The notes below the pieces were generated by a model. The model saw only the letters and a program-made list of their open reading frames with translations, had not been told where the DNA came from and ran no database searches. Shown here in pieces: positions 23,485 to 35,520 of a stretch of DNA of 64,000 bases. A program made the position numbers and the translations under genes. This stretch comes from Octopus sinensis (lineage: Eukaryota): positions 27,776,001-27,840,000 of the forward strand of contig NC_043014.1 in NCBI RefSeq assembly GCF_006345805.1. The letters are read 5' to 3'. Every line of letters starts with the position of its first letter. The stretch's first letter is position 1.

Positions 23485-23680
23485 TATAACAAAATTAACA
23501 GAATGAGATAAAAATCCAAGGCTGTGAAATATTTCAGAACATTTATAAATAGAAGGTCTTACAGCTGTTTCCGGGATATTTTATATATCCCTTCATCGGA
23601 GATGGTGTGAGAAAATGGTTAAGCAATAGTAATTCTAGATAAGATTTAAAATAGAGAGTGAAATGGAGGAATGAAAATAG
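23485..23680 (-). repeat. Penelope-associated pseudo-LTR-like repeat, copy 2
   Basis: Inverted copy of 16078-16265. Confidence 0.7.
23556..23603 (-). ncRNA. Minimal type I hammerhead ribozyme motif (stem II intact)
   Basis: Minus strand ATCT-CCGATGA-A-GGGATAT-ataaa-ATATCCC-G-GAAAC-AGCT-GTA-AGAC. Perfect 7-bp stem II, palindromic stem III, predicted cleavage after GUA (3' of 23560). Confidence 0.65.
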
Positions 23681-23699
23681 ACATGAGATATGCAGGGAT

Positions 23700-26230
23700 A
23701 TTGTATCTGTAGTTCCATTATTTTGGCAGAATGGTATATATATAAGATTCCTTGGAACTTACTCACAAGGTACAGGAATGCTGAAGTAACAACAATATCA
23801 CCAACAACAACAACAATTACGATTACAGCAACAAATGCTGCAATTACTGAAGTCATCAGGAAATTCAGAAAAAGTGTTCTTGCCAGACTATGTCATGAAC
23901 TCTATAACAGAGTTCACATACAAACCTGACGAAGGAGTTACCTTCGAAGCATACTTCAGAAGATATGAGCAAATCTTCGAGAAAGAATGTAAAGACTGGG
24001 ACAATGAGATGAAAATGCACTTAATTTTGAGAAAACTGGCACCAACAGAGCATGAATAATACAGTAATTATATACTCCCAAGAAAACCTTCGGACATAAA
24101 CTTTAATGACACATTAGACATATCGTGTAAAATTTTCAGTCAAAAAAACTCATTGTTCAACACATGCTGGGAGTGTCTGAACATAGAGAAAAACAACGAC
24201 GAGGTCTACACATATGCTGGTAGAGTAAACAGGGAATGCAAGAAGTTTAAGCTGGACGAATTAACACCAGATATGTTCAAATGCCTGATTTTTAAACAGG
24301 AACTTCCTGCCAAAAAGGACGCAGAAGTTAGAACTAGAATTCTTGCCGAGCTGGAACAAAATCATGATGAAACCCTACAACAAGTGTCAGAAGAACGTGA
24401 CAGGATTGTAAAATCAAAACATGACACAGAGGAAATTGAAGGTAAAGATTGCTTCCAAGTAAAGCAAGTGCAAAATAGTCAGAATAAAGATAAAGTGTTT
24501 CTAAAAAACATGATAAAAATCAGGAAATAAATGCATGTTTTGCATGAGGAGTATACACCAGAGGAAAATTGTTCATTTAAGAAAGTGGAGTGGTTTCATT
24601 GTGGAAATATAGGACACTGTAGGACAAAGATGATAAAATGTTAGAACAAAGGGAAAAGAATAAATAGTATGTCATCAGAAGAAATTGGTAATATAACAAT
24701 GGTGAAATTCACGAAGGTGAAAATCAGAAATACAAGTGCTAAAATGCAGTTGACACTGATAGTGACCTCACCGTTATAGACAAAAATACATGGATATATG
24801 TCATCAAGCCGAAGTTAATTAAATCTAAAAAGATAGCACATGGTGTTATAAGAAAAAGATTATATTTTTCCGGTGAATTCATATGTAGTGTAACATTTCA
24901 AGATCAAATGAAAAAGGCAAAGATATATGCATTGAAAAATTCACTTCATCTATTTGGCACAGAGTAGAAGAACTATTCATGTTGTGGAATACACCCATAA
25001 GTGTTTTGAGTGGAAATATAGTCAGTTCACTCAAGGTTTGAATGAGGCTGAGGGACTAAAACAAAAAATTGCAATAAAACAGAGTGGAATACCTGTATGT
25101 AAGCCAAAATGAAATGAAAAATTGCCCACAGTGAAAAGTAAAAATTGTCAAGAGTTACACATTGATTTCACTGGTCTTTTAAATGGTTCTTACTACTTAG
25201 TGGTAGTTGATAGTTTCTCAAAATGGCCTGAAATTTGTAAGTGTAAAAACCATCCTCCTCAACCGTGATAAATTTTTTACATGAATTGTTTGCAAGATTT
25301 GGCATCCCAGGCAAGATAGTGTCTGACAATGGAAAGCAATTTGTGTCAAGCAAATTTTAAAAATTTTGTGAAATGTTCATGGTAGAACATAGAACTATGG
25401 TGCCATGCCAATCCCAGATCCAATGGACAGACAACGCATTGTCAATACCTTGAAAATAGCCCTTAGAAAATCGAATACAGAAGTCATGGATAAGGTAGCT
25501 CTACAACAATTTTTAAGAGTGTACACCAAATTCAAATACACCAGCAGGTAGCTCACCAGCAGAACTGATGTTTGCAAGGAAAGTAAAATCAGTCTTTGAT
25601 AAATTGCTATCTAGCAAGAAAAGAAAAAGTACCAGGGAAGGCATAGTAAGATTCTTTAAAGTTGGTGATAAGGTGTACATGAAGACATACAAAAATGGGA
25701 AGCAGAACTGGGAAGAGGGTGAAATTACCAAATATATAGGTAAAATGATGAATTGAGTAAAAAGTAGAAAAGGTATACAAAAGAGACCCAGAAACCAACC
25801 AGAAAAGAGATTAATGGAAAGTGAACAAAGAAGTTGGAGGAACTGATGGAATGGTTGTGCAATAAATTTCAAGTACAATGTCACTATAGGTAATTGAAAC
25901 CAGGCATACAAGTGAGAGGAAAAGAAAATGTATAGAGTTCCTGAAAATAGATGCCAAGCGCAAAAAATATTAAATTGTATGAAAAAGAATGAAAAAAGGG
26001 GTGAATAAAAAAAGTTATTGCTAAATAAAATGACACTTCCTTAGAAAAACTTAAAAGGGAAGATGTTATAGGGAATTAGTAATAATGGTACATCCTTCCT
26101 ACATGACAAATGGAATAACATAGTCACTATAAGTAGAGAGAAGTACATGCAGTATGAGAGTATGTCAGAGATAGATGTGTCTTTACTGGTTTTACTAGGT
26201 ATACTGTATACTGAAGTGGACGTTATAACA
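23700..26230 (+). mobile_element. Ty3/Gypsy remnant: gag, protease trace, integrase, PPT, 3' LTR; RT/RNase H absent
   Basis: Gag NSITEFTYKPDEGVTFEAYFRRYE..; knuckle remnant FHCGNIGH; integrase RVHIDFTG..LVVVDSFSKWPE, ELFARFGIPGKIVSDNGKQF, SPAELMF; PPT aaaagggaaga at 26053-26063. Confidence 0.85.
26064..26230 (+). repeat. 3' LTR (167 bp)
   Basis: Follows the PPT; termini TGTTATA...TATAACA are a perfect 7-bp inverted repeat. No matching 5' LTR seen. Confidence 0.7.
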
Positions 26231-27384
26231 ATATATATACTTAACAACAATATAACAACAACAAAACAACAAAAACCATGGCCACTCCTCACAATTGATG
26301 AAATATTAAACTCCACAATCAAGAGCCCTTCCCTGTGTAGCTATCCAGTTTCTCATTTCCTGGAAATACCACAAGTGACCTATCATCATCATTGTCATTA
26401 TGTTCCACTGCTATTATCCTTACCACAACTAGACAATAGCAACAACAACATTATCTGCATTGGCAGTCACTCTTCAATACTAGAACAATTGATGACCTAT
26501 TAAACAATATAGTCTCTAGCTCTTCTCTGCAACCAATCCACTCCAATTCTCATAAGAATAACACAAGAGATCCGTCATCACCATTGTCATCCTAGTCTAC
26601 TACCACTCCAATTAGTGAAGAACCACTCCTTTCTTCACCCGCTGCTATCCACTTCAATCTAAATGTACACCTGACAGCTCCATGATAAATTTCCCAACTG
26701 TAAATAAAGTAAAATCAGGAACACACAAAACCCTAAAATATGCCACGAGAGACTATGCATACACAGTGACTGTAGCTTTCACATTTTCCTGGGACAAGAT
26801 ACACAATTCATACAAGCAATACCAGCCAACACCAAACAACATATCTTACAACACTACCACCATCACTACTAAATGCTAAATCACACTTAATAACTTCTAT
26901 ACATGTAACCCGGAATCCTGAAATCTGTTACTATTTCCAACACAAAAGATTAAGTCTGATGTGTGACTGTCTCTTCACTCATCTTTCAGGGACTCAATGC
27001 ACTAGTAAAAGCATGACTTCAAGCCACCACCAAATCTATAGTCGAAGCATACCTTACAGTGGTAGTATTGGTCCAGGCTTTCATCGAAATGCAGAAGTTA
27101 CCCACATATCTACTGTAGAAATCAAAAGCCGCAAACCATATTCAACAGTGCAACAATACCAACTTCAGACACCCCCACCCCCCCAAAAAAACAAGAAAAT
27201 TCTTTTTTAGCCATGCTGAATCTGGCAAAAGAAATAAAAAAAGACTTCTAACTCTCATACAGCACCAGCCCCTGCTATTACCCCACACACAATTGCTGTC
27301 ATTAACCCTCAAACTCAACTTTTTAATAATGTTGAATGTACATGGTCTTTCACACTTCACAAATTGAGGATAAGTATCATATCT

Positions 27385-27930
27385 TAGACACCTAAGGAGG
27401 ACGTCCTTATCTTTGGTTCACCAATCCTCCAACCTGCCATTTGCTCCACTCTCAGGTCTAAGCTCCTCCAGTTAGAAAGACTGTTGGACAGACTGAAGAC
27501 GATTGATGCCTACCTAGCATTGTTCCTGTTAAGGAACTGCTTCGCCATGCTGAAACTATTGTATACTCTTCTCTGTGCTCCTTGCTACAACCATGTATCT
27601 CTCCATGATATTCAACAGGCCTCCAAAGAGATATGTAATGTTCATTTCAATGACACTGGATGGCAATAGGCAACCTTACCCATCAAATATAAAGGCCTTT
27701 GATCTCCAGTCTCACTGGCCCTGCTGGCTTTTCTCTCATCAGTGATTTCTTGCTGTGTCCTCATTAACAGGGTTCTTCACAACACAACTGAACATTCTGT
27801 GACTGGGGAACTTGAGACAACCTATGTGAATGGAGCCAGCTTAGCCTGCACACAGCTGATGTCCATCCCCTTCTCCTTTCTGTGGAGGTCCTGTCCTCTC
27901 AAAAGAATTGGGATACCATGCAATGTAACA
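27385..27930 (+). mobile_element. CRE-clade non-LTR retrotransposon fragment (post-RT region)
   Basis: GSPI..K...LE..LDRL..IDAYLALFLLRNCFA..KLLY.L..APC...I.NV..ND.GW..ATLPIKYKGL..LALLAFLSS..QKNWD, which resembles CRE-type elements as recalled. Confidence 0.6.
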
Positions 27931-28970
27931 TGATCACAGATAAGCTAGTCATTTGCAGAGGCAAAAGAGTAGTAAGCCTGTGAGAGTGGTGAGTCGTGTG
28001 CAGAGGCTGAAGAGTTGTAAGCTTGAAGGAGCATTGAGTTGCTTGCAGAGGCTGTAGGATGAATGCATTGAATACAGGAAGAATGAAACATGCAAAAAAT
28101 AATGTGCAACTGTAAATGCTGAAAGTACTGTGAAACAATACTGACTGCAAAGTTTGATGCAGTATCTCCCAGCAAAAGCTGTGCATCAGAGACTGAGTTT
28201 GCCAGACGAGGTGCTGAGTAGAGGGCATTTCACAGTGCCAAAAAAGCATGTTACAGAATGGATGCACATGAAAGTAGTAAAAATGCAACAAAATGAACTG
28301 AAAGAAATTGGAACAGAAAAACTCATGGCAAAGCTGAAAAATGTTCAGTTTGTTGAATACATGTTCCAATGAACGCCATTAAGAAATGCATGGTTGGTGA
28401 AAAAAACGTTGCATTTCAGGTTAAGAAGCTGTTTGAAGTGTCGTCCATCTGTGTAGTGCTCACAGTGACTGAAATTCATTGTATGAGGCTAAAAAATTGG
28501 TCGCTGTATGGAAGATATTGCAGGAACAATTCGAAAGTAGCATTGAAACTGTGGCAGTAGTGATGTTAGCACTATGATCTGGCACAAAGGCTGAGGTGGT
28601 GACGGCATTAGCAGTGTTGCTGACGGCATTGTTGGTATGCATGGCTGTCAAAGTCCAGCGATGTGGAAAATTCTAGAGAGGTGAATGTAATGGAAAATTC
28701 TAAGCAGTTCATATGCACATCCACTGCAAGTGCTCAGATAGCAATTGCGTGGAAAAACCCAACAAGGAAGATGAAGACAGGCACCATGTTTGACAAAACT
28801 TCAAAGTATGTTTACTAGCATAAAAGGTTTACAGTTGACATTGTGGGAGAAAAATATTTCAAAAGGAGATTATTTGAAAGAATATCGTGTATTTTCTTGG
28901 AAGAAGAATGCATACTCTGTTATGCAAAAGTTCGAGATGAAGAAGATGAATTCTAGAGGTTCACTTGAAC

Positions 28971-29099
28971 CACCAATTTTTAGTGGAGATGTGAGTGAAG
29001 ACTGCAATTCTTTTAGCTCAGGGTCACCAATTTTTAGTGGAGATGTGAGGGAAGACTGCAAATGTTTTAGCTTGGAGTCACCAGTTTTTTTAGTTGAGG
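28971..29099. repeat. 54-bp minisatellite, about 2.4 units
   Basis: Units start at 28971, 29025 and 29079 with cacca(a/g)ttttt... Confidence 0.85.
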
Positions 29100-29494
29100 T
29101 CATCAATTTTTGGTGAATAGGCACTAAAATAACATCTGACTTTTTTTAACAGCAGTAGTATAATACTTGTAATGCAATAATAGACAACACTCAGAAGGCT
29201 TAATAGAACATTATTATTTATTATAAGAGGAAATGATGATAGCATTAAATCAAAATTTGCTTGACAGCATACAGGGTATAGCATTCAGAGGTATGGTATA
29301 ACAGTGTCCTAAGTGAACAAAAGAAAAGTTCAAGTTACTCGTTATAGGGTCACAAATCCAGAAGAAGGTGCATGCAACATAAATAACATGTAACACTTTT
29401 AATGTATATTGTAAAATGTGAACAGGATAAATGTTCAAACAGTCCGTAAATAATTATTTAGTTCTAGAGTGTTTCTTCTTTTGATATTCTAGAG

Positions 29495-32004
29495 CAGTGT
29501 TTCCCAAACTTTACATGCTAAATTGCAATATCACCCACCTTTGGGCTGCTCCATCACCCACCTGTATAAAAAAACCCTGACACAACCCCACCAACACAAA
29601 ATCCCCTAGCCCCCTGCCCCTGTATCATTTGACACACACACTATATTGTAGACTCAGTGCCCTGTTAGTACCATTTGTACTAAATATGTGGTTGTTTATA
29701 AATCCCTTATTGTGGGTTTAATTTTGCCATTAGTGTCAATAAAATTCTAACATTAACTCTATATTTTTCAGACAGATTAACTTCTGGGAACTTGAGCTTT
29801 CTTTTACACTGATTTTCATTTTCCCCAAATGAACCATTGATCAGAACTACCAATGCAAAAATAATCAATGATTGTATTATAAAGGAAAAGAATAAAACTT
29901 TTTAATGAGAACCATGTGTCTGGTGTGATGCAACTAGTGTGGATACGTTCGGTTTCAAACTTGTCAACTTTAGCCGCAAGTCTCCTCATTGTGTCACATC
30001 CAGTCTGATTCTTTTATGGGAAAGTAAAGTTCCAACATGGTTAAAACCATATTCAACCAGGTATGAAGTAGAGAAGGCAAGCAAAAGTAATTTCAGATGT
30101 TTCCACAGACTGGGGTAAGAATTTAATACACTCTGATTTAATACCTTCTTTGCCATTACAATGATATCACATTGTGGTGTCATTGCCATTTTGTAATTCT
30201 ATCAATTCCTCCTCAAAGTCATCCTTGCAATCGACTGCATCGACCTCAAACAGATTGCTATACCAATTTGGAATATTCAGTGCAATAACATTCTGAAATT
30301 GCTCTACCATATTATTGAGCAATGATTGTAAATAGTTGCGATATATAGTTAAATCCTCATCAACTAATACATCTTTCAAAGAATCAAGTTATAGAAATTG
30401 ATGAAATTGACATTTTGAAATGTTAGTCTTATACAATACCAATTTCGAAATGAAGGTAGTTATAAACAATTTACAATCAGTGAGAGTTTTTCTGTTTCCT
30501 TGCAATAACTTAATGAAATCATTTAATTTTGTGAATATATCACAAAGAAAAATGATATTGCACCTTGCAGCCATCAATGAAGTGGATAGTGGAGTATCTT
30601 CAAAGAAAGATATGATTATATGGAATAGTTCAACAAAGCATAAAACGCAGCTTCCTTTTGACAGCCACCACACTTCGGTATGGTATAAGAGTTTAGTATG
30701 GTCCTCATCATTTCTCAGACATTTGACAGAAAATTTGATCAGACAAACAAGGGACTGGACTTCAATTTGTTCATAGTATTGATAGCTAACTGTAGTGCAT
30801 CATTCGACCTACCGTTCATATTTTTTGCCACTAAATGCTGCTGGTGTGCCAAGCAATGAACAGTTAGTACCTGGTGGGAAATTTCACACTTTAGGAGAGA
30901 TGAAAAACTTTTGTATCTTCCTATCATTGAAGGGGCTCCATCAGAAGCACTGGCAAGAATATTACTGAATGGGATATATTATGCTCAAAAAGGAAAGACT
31001 TGAGAGAGTGAAAAATAGTTGCACCTCTTGAATTAAGCGACAATTTCTCTGTGAACAGCATTTCCTCACAGAGTTGAAGGTCTTTGCTGAAATACCGAAC
31101 ATATACCATCATCAAACATTGATTGTCCACAACAGTTGACTCATCCACTTGCATAGAAAATTCAGAACACTGGAGAATATTAATGAGCTGATGTTTGACA
31201 TCGTTGGTCATTTCATCGATGCTTCGAGAAGTTGTGCTACTACTAAGTAAGCTCTTCTTCATAATGTTATCGGGTTTTTGTGCATAATGGTTGACAAAAC
31301 TTCTTCAATAAGTGGGTGAAGTTATGTTTCTCCAATTGTGTGAGACTTCCCAGACTTAGCAACAAGCAATGCAATGTTGTACGATGCAATCAACCCATCA
31401 TTCTCCTGTTTATTAGTTTCCTGGAGTAGCGTACTGAATGTTTATATTTACTTTTTGAAAGAGGTGCTCAGTTGCAAAAAGTATGATAACTGCTTGTCCT
31501 TCTTGTCAGAATGCTTTGCATCAAAGTGATACTTCAAGCATGAAGGTTTCATTGCTTCATTGGTCAATGTTTGATGGCAAACAAGGCACATTGGTAACTG
31601 ACAGTTCTGAGGAGAGGGAATAAATCTAAACAATAAATAATTACTACTGTACTGTTGACAAATTTTTTGACTGGAGGCGAATTTGAATCCTACATGTGGG
31701 ACTTCATATGATTATGCCAAAAAAAAAATTTGTATGGAGTGCGATTTAAGGCCTAGGCCTATTTGGCTGCTATTTTTAGCACGCATGACAACCAGCTCAA
31801 TGACTGACAAAAATATTTGATCAATAAACAAGTCCACTTTTTTAATAGAAAGGGACATTTCATGCGAGTATTTATATCGATAAAAGTGCATCTTTATTTT
31901 AGGCATGCCTAGATATCAGTAAATGTAGACTTAATTTATTGTCACCCACAAAATGTTCATATCGCCCACCTGTAAGATGGAATCACCCACTTTGGGAAGC
32001 TATG
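29495..32004 (-). mobile_element. Full-length Buster-type hAT transposon (2510 bp), transposase pseudogenised
   Basis: TIRs cagtgtttcccaaact and actttgggaagctatg (12/16 match). Perfect 8-bp TSD TTCTAGAG (29487-29494, 32005-32012). Motifs PMCLVC..NEAMKPS, FSMQVDEST, SDGAP, HCLAH, HTEVWWLSKG, FSTSYLVEYGF. Confidence 0.93.
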
Positions 32005-32119
32005 TTCTAGAGTGTTTCTTCCTTTAAAATTGTCCACATGGTGGAGTTGAGCTCTGACAGCAACATGACAAACTACATCTGACTTTCTTGGAGGCTTGGC
32101 TAGAACTGATTAAGACTTT

Positions 32120-32710
32120 TGGATCTTTACCTTTTGACCTACAGATTTAAAAAATAATTTTTTGCAACTAAACACTTCCAAACTTCGGACACTGGTAGAA
32201 TGTGTCAGATAAAACATCTTTTACTTTTAGCATTTTTGAGAAAAACTTATATTTACGAAGTTATTTCACATTAAAGTTCTTGTATTTCGATAATTTCAAC
32301 CAATCAATGACATGCATTCAGCTGAATAAAATTACTGCTGTTGTTTGTCAACAACAACTATCAGTGGTGTATTTTTCGTTTGCCACTGTTATTTACAACA
32401 TTGTTCGTGTGTTTGTACTGGTTTTAAGGGGTTAGGGTTAGGGTTGTTATAAATAACAGTGACAAATGAAATATATACCGCCGGAAGTTCTTGCTGACAA
32501 ACAACAGCAGTAATTTTATTCAGCTGAATACACGTCATTGATTGGTTGAAATTACCGAAATAGGACAACTTTAACGTGAAATAACTTTGTAAATATAAGT
32601 TTTTCTCAAAAATGCTAAGAGTAAAAGATGTTTTATATGGCACATTCTACCAGTGTCCGAAGTTTGAAAAAATTATTTTTTAAATCTGTAGGTCAAAAGG
32701 TAAAGATCCA
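32120..32710. mobile_element. Palindromic MITE with about 270-bp arms and a telomeric-repeat spacer
   Basis: Arms 32120-32400 and 32445-32710 are near-perfect reverse complements. Spacer contains GGGTTAGGGTTAGGGTT. Flanked by direct repeat GACTTT. Confidence 0.85.
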
Positions 32711-33429
32711 GACTTTCCCCACGACTTTGAGATAGGTGGCAGTGTGTACCTATGCACGAGGCACAGCAGTTGGCTACACTAACCAAATCACATATAGATG
32801 GACAAATGTTCTACCAAAGGGAAAGTAGTACTCCTACACTTCCTCTTCCCTCTCCCTTCTTCTGTTGCTTTCTTTTTCTGATCTCTGTAGTTGAAGTTTA
32901 TTGTCTATTTAATCATTTACTTATCTATTTACTTATCTATATTTACCCCTTCTACTTCCTCTTATATCCCTATTTTATCCTTTCTTTATCTTTCCTACTA
33001 TCCAACTGTTATAAGTTTAAATCTTGCAAGTAGTAATTTTGTTCTATCTGGTTGATAAAAGATAATACATCCATTTTATGAGCAAGAGATGAGCAATATG
33101 AAAAGCATAGAGTTACAAAGCATATTTTTCAAATTATAAATCTGTTTATGGAACTATCCAATCTATGCTTGAAATGGAAAATTGTAAAAAAATTAATAAA
33201 TATAAATATAAAATAATGAAATTATACATTTTTTCTTCACCTATCCAATATACATTGATTTCTGTTGCTGTCTGATATTAGGATGGTTTCCTTATAGCAT
33301 TTTCTATGAGCAATATCTTACTTCTTGATGATTTTAACAATTAAATTTTGAATATAAAAAAAACTATGTATATAATTTAATTATTATATATTTTTATTTT
33401 AAATTTTGAGATAAATTCTCTATTTCATA

Positions 33430-35520
33430 AAAAATAACAACTCTATTTTGTTAGGCTTAACTTGTTGATTATAATTATTGATCATGATTTCGAAATAAGC
33501 GATCTTCTGGGAACTAAATAAAAAAAAATTAATCTCTTCAGTTAAAACCATTAAATACTATCGGAAATTACCTTGATTGAAGAGAGGATAGACGGTAATA
33601 GGGAAAGTGAAAGTTTAAAAATATAAACAAACAAATAAAATGGTACTGATGAAAGTTTTTTCTTATTCTTATGTATGGTCAGCTACATATTTTTAAGGTG
33701 GGGGTTGGACCAACTTTTTTTAAAGAGCCGCCCATTAGAAAAAAAAAATTAAATTATCAAAAATAATACTGTTAAATATTTGGAATTTTTTTATGGACAT
33801 TTTATTTCAAGAGTAACGCAAAAAAATAAAAATAAATAAAATTTAAAGAATTCCGTTCGCTGATTTACACCATCCGTTTTTTTTTTCTTTCTTTCTGTCA
33901 ATTAGTCTACAATTTTTACCATTTTCTAATATATAACTGGAACACCGACACCAGTTTCCACTAAAGTACAGTGATAATTTAAATTGTTTGAATTGTTATA
34001 AAAAAGGCGGGAATTTTTTAAAAAAAGAAACATAAAAAAGTTGGAACGGAGAAATGGTAAAGAAAATTTCACTTACCGTGAAGTTGAAATATTTCTCTAA
34101 TGACTTAATTGTTAAATATTGTAAGAACCTTCTGCTTTTCTGCAGTGGAAGGGAAGACAAGCTATAAAAAGTGAAGTTTGTCTACTGAAGGTTATTGTCT
34201 CCCTTTGTTAAAATGTTATAAACTTTATCTATATTTAAATTAAAGTTTTCCCAATTTCGTTCGGGTTTCAAATTTTTTCCATCACTATTTAGTTTTCATA
34301 AAAAAATTGAATGGCTCTTAAAAAAAGTTGAAATGGAACTTATTTGAATTCCGTTTCGTTGCGTTTCGGTGCGTATCACGTTCCAATCATTACATATTAT
34401 CGACCCAATTTTTTCACGTTTCAAAATGGCGTTGGCTTATATTTCCAATGTAATTGTCAAGGCATGTTTAAGACATTTTTTTTAGTGTTTAAAAGCTGTA
34501 TGCAACAATAATGTCTAGTAAGTCTCTCTTTTATCTGTTCTTTCGAGATTTAGATGAAGTTAACAACACGTTTTCATTTGGTTTTACTATGAAACAACTT
34601 TTTTTTTATATACCCACTGCTACAATGACGTCATATTCTGTCGACTTTAGCAGAAGAATTTTTTCATCTATTTTTAACATTTTCCTTTGCCGCTAAGAGA
34701 ACTATATATTCAACAGTACATGTAAGTTTATCTCAGAAATTAGATATTCATCGAATAGAAGCTGCTTTAATAAATTTAAATATATTCCATCAACATTAAG
34801 AGAATGTTAAATAGACATCCATTCTGGCATGTTTCGTTACCAAGAAAAAAAAAGTCATATCTATGCTTTTGACTGATTTATTGTATCTTTGTATTTTGCT
34901 GATAATCTTAGAATATAGATGAACGCATTTAAAGGCTTAATACATTTAGTCTGCTAAGGTTTTGAAATTGCCTTTTTTCAGATTTTTTTTTTTCTGTATC
35001 TAGATCGCTAATATTGGTTTTATTCTTACTAGGCGTAATAATGCCGAATATATTAGAGGAAATGAAAATTGAGATGTGATTTTCACGCATTTCCCCACAT
35101 GAATCAAGAATTGAAATTGCGTCGTGGTTTCGACATGCTTGATTTTTTTTTATTTGCTATACGACATTCGCCAGTCCTCACAGGACTAACGATCATCATC
35201 AAGTAACCTGTATAAAAATTACTTGTTCATAAGTACTATTAGTCTCATGTTACCCTTGATTTAGTAAGTCCATGATAAAAGCTGTGACCATCCTGCTTTT
35301 TTTAAAGGGGCTATGTCTCCCTTGGTTCACGTAAACTTTTTTGGCAAGTTTCATAAGACACATTAAGAAAAGAATTTAATTTTTAACCAATATAGCGTGT
35401 AATTTAACCAATTTAGTTCATTGTTTCATTCACCCACCATGTATTATATTACCTAGGGATGTCGTCTGTACAGTCATATCCACATAACGCTATGAAATCA
35501 GAGCTAAGCAAAATTGAGAT
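33430..35520. promoter_or_regulatory. CpG-retaining segment, candidate bidirectional promoter / first-exon region
   Basis: CpG clusters (e.g. 34352-34380) against CpG-poor flanks. CCAAT at 34383, 34405, 34445; YY1-like CAAAATGGCG at 34422-34431; CRE TGACGTCA at 34626-34633. GTAAGT donors point outward (minus at 34076, plus at 34722). Confidence 0.45.
34077..34139 (-). other. Candidate 63-nt exon
   Basis: Acceptor cttgtcttcccttccactgcAG and donor ACG|GTAAGT. Only phase 0 is open (KSRRFLQYLTIKSLEKYFNFT); may be UTR. Confidence 0.4.

Noticed and set aside
28971-29099. Regularly spaced repeats as a CRISPR array
   Set aside because: Head-to-tail minisatellite without unique spacers, in eukaryotic DNA with no cas genes.
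32429-32445. TTAGGG repeats as a telomere or G-quadruplex
   Set aside because: Only three G-tracts, internal to a MITE spacer; not a chromosome end and too few tracts for an intramolecular G4.
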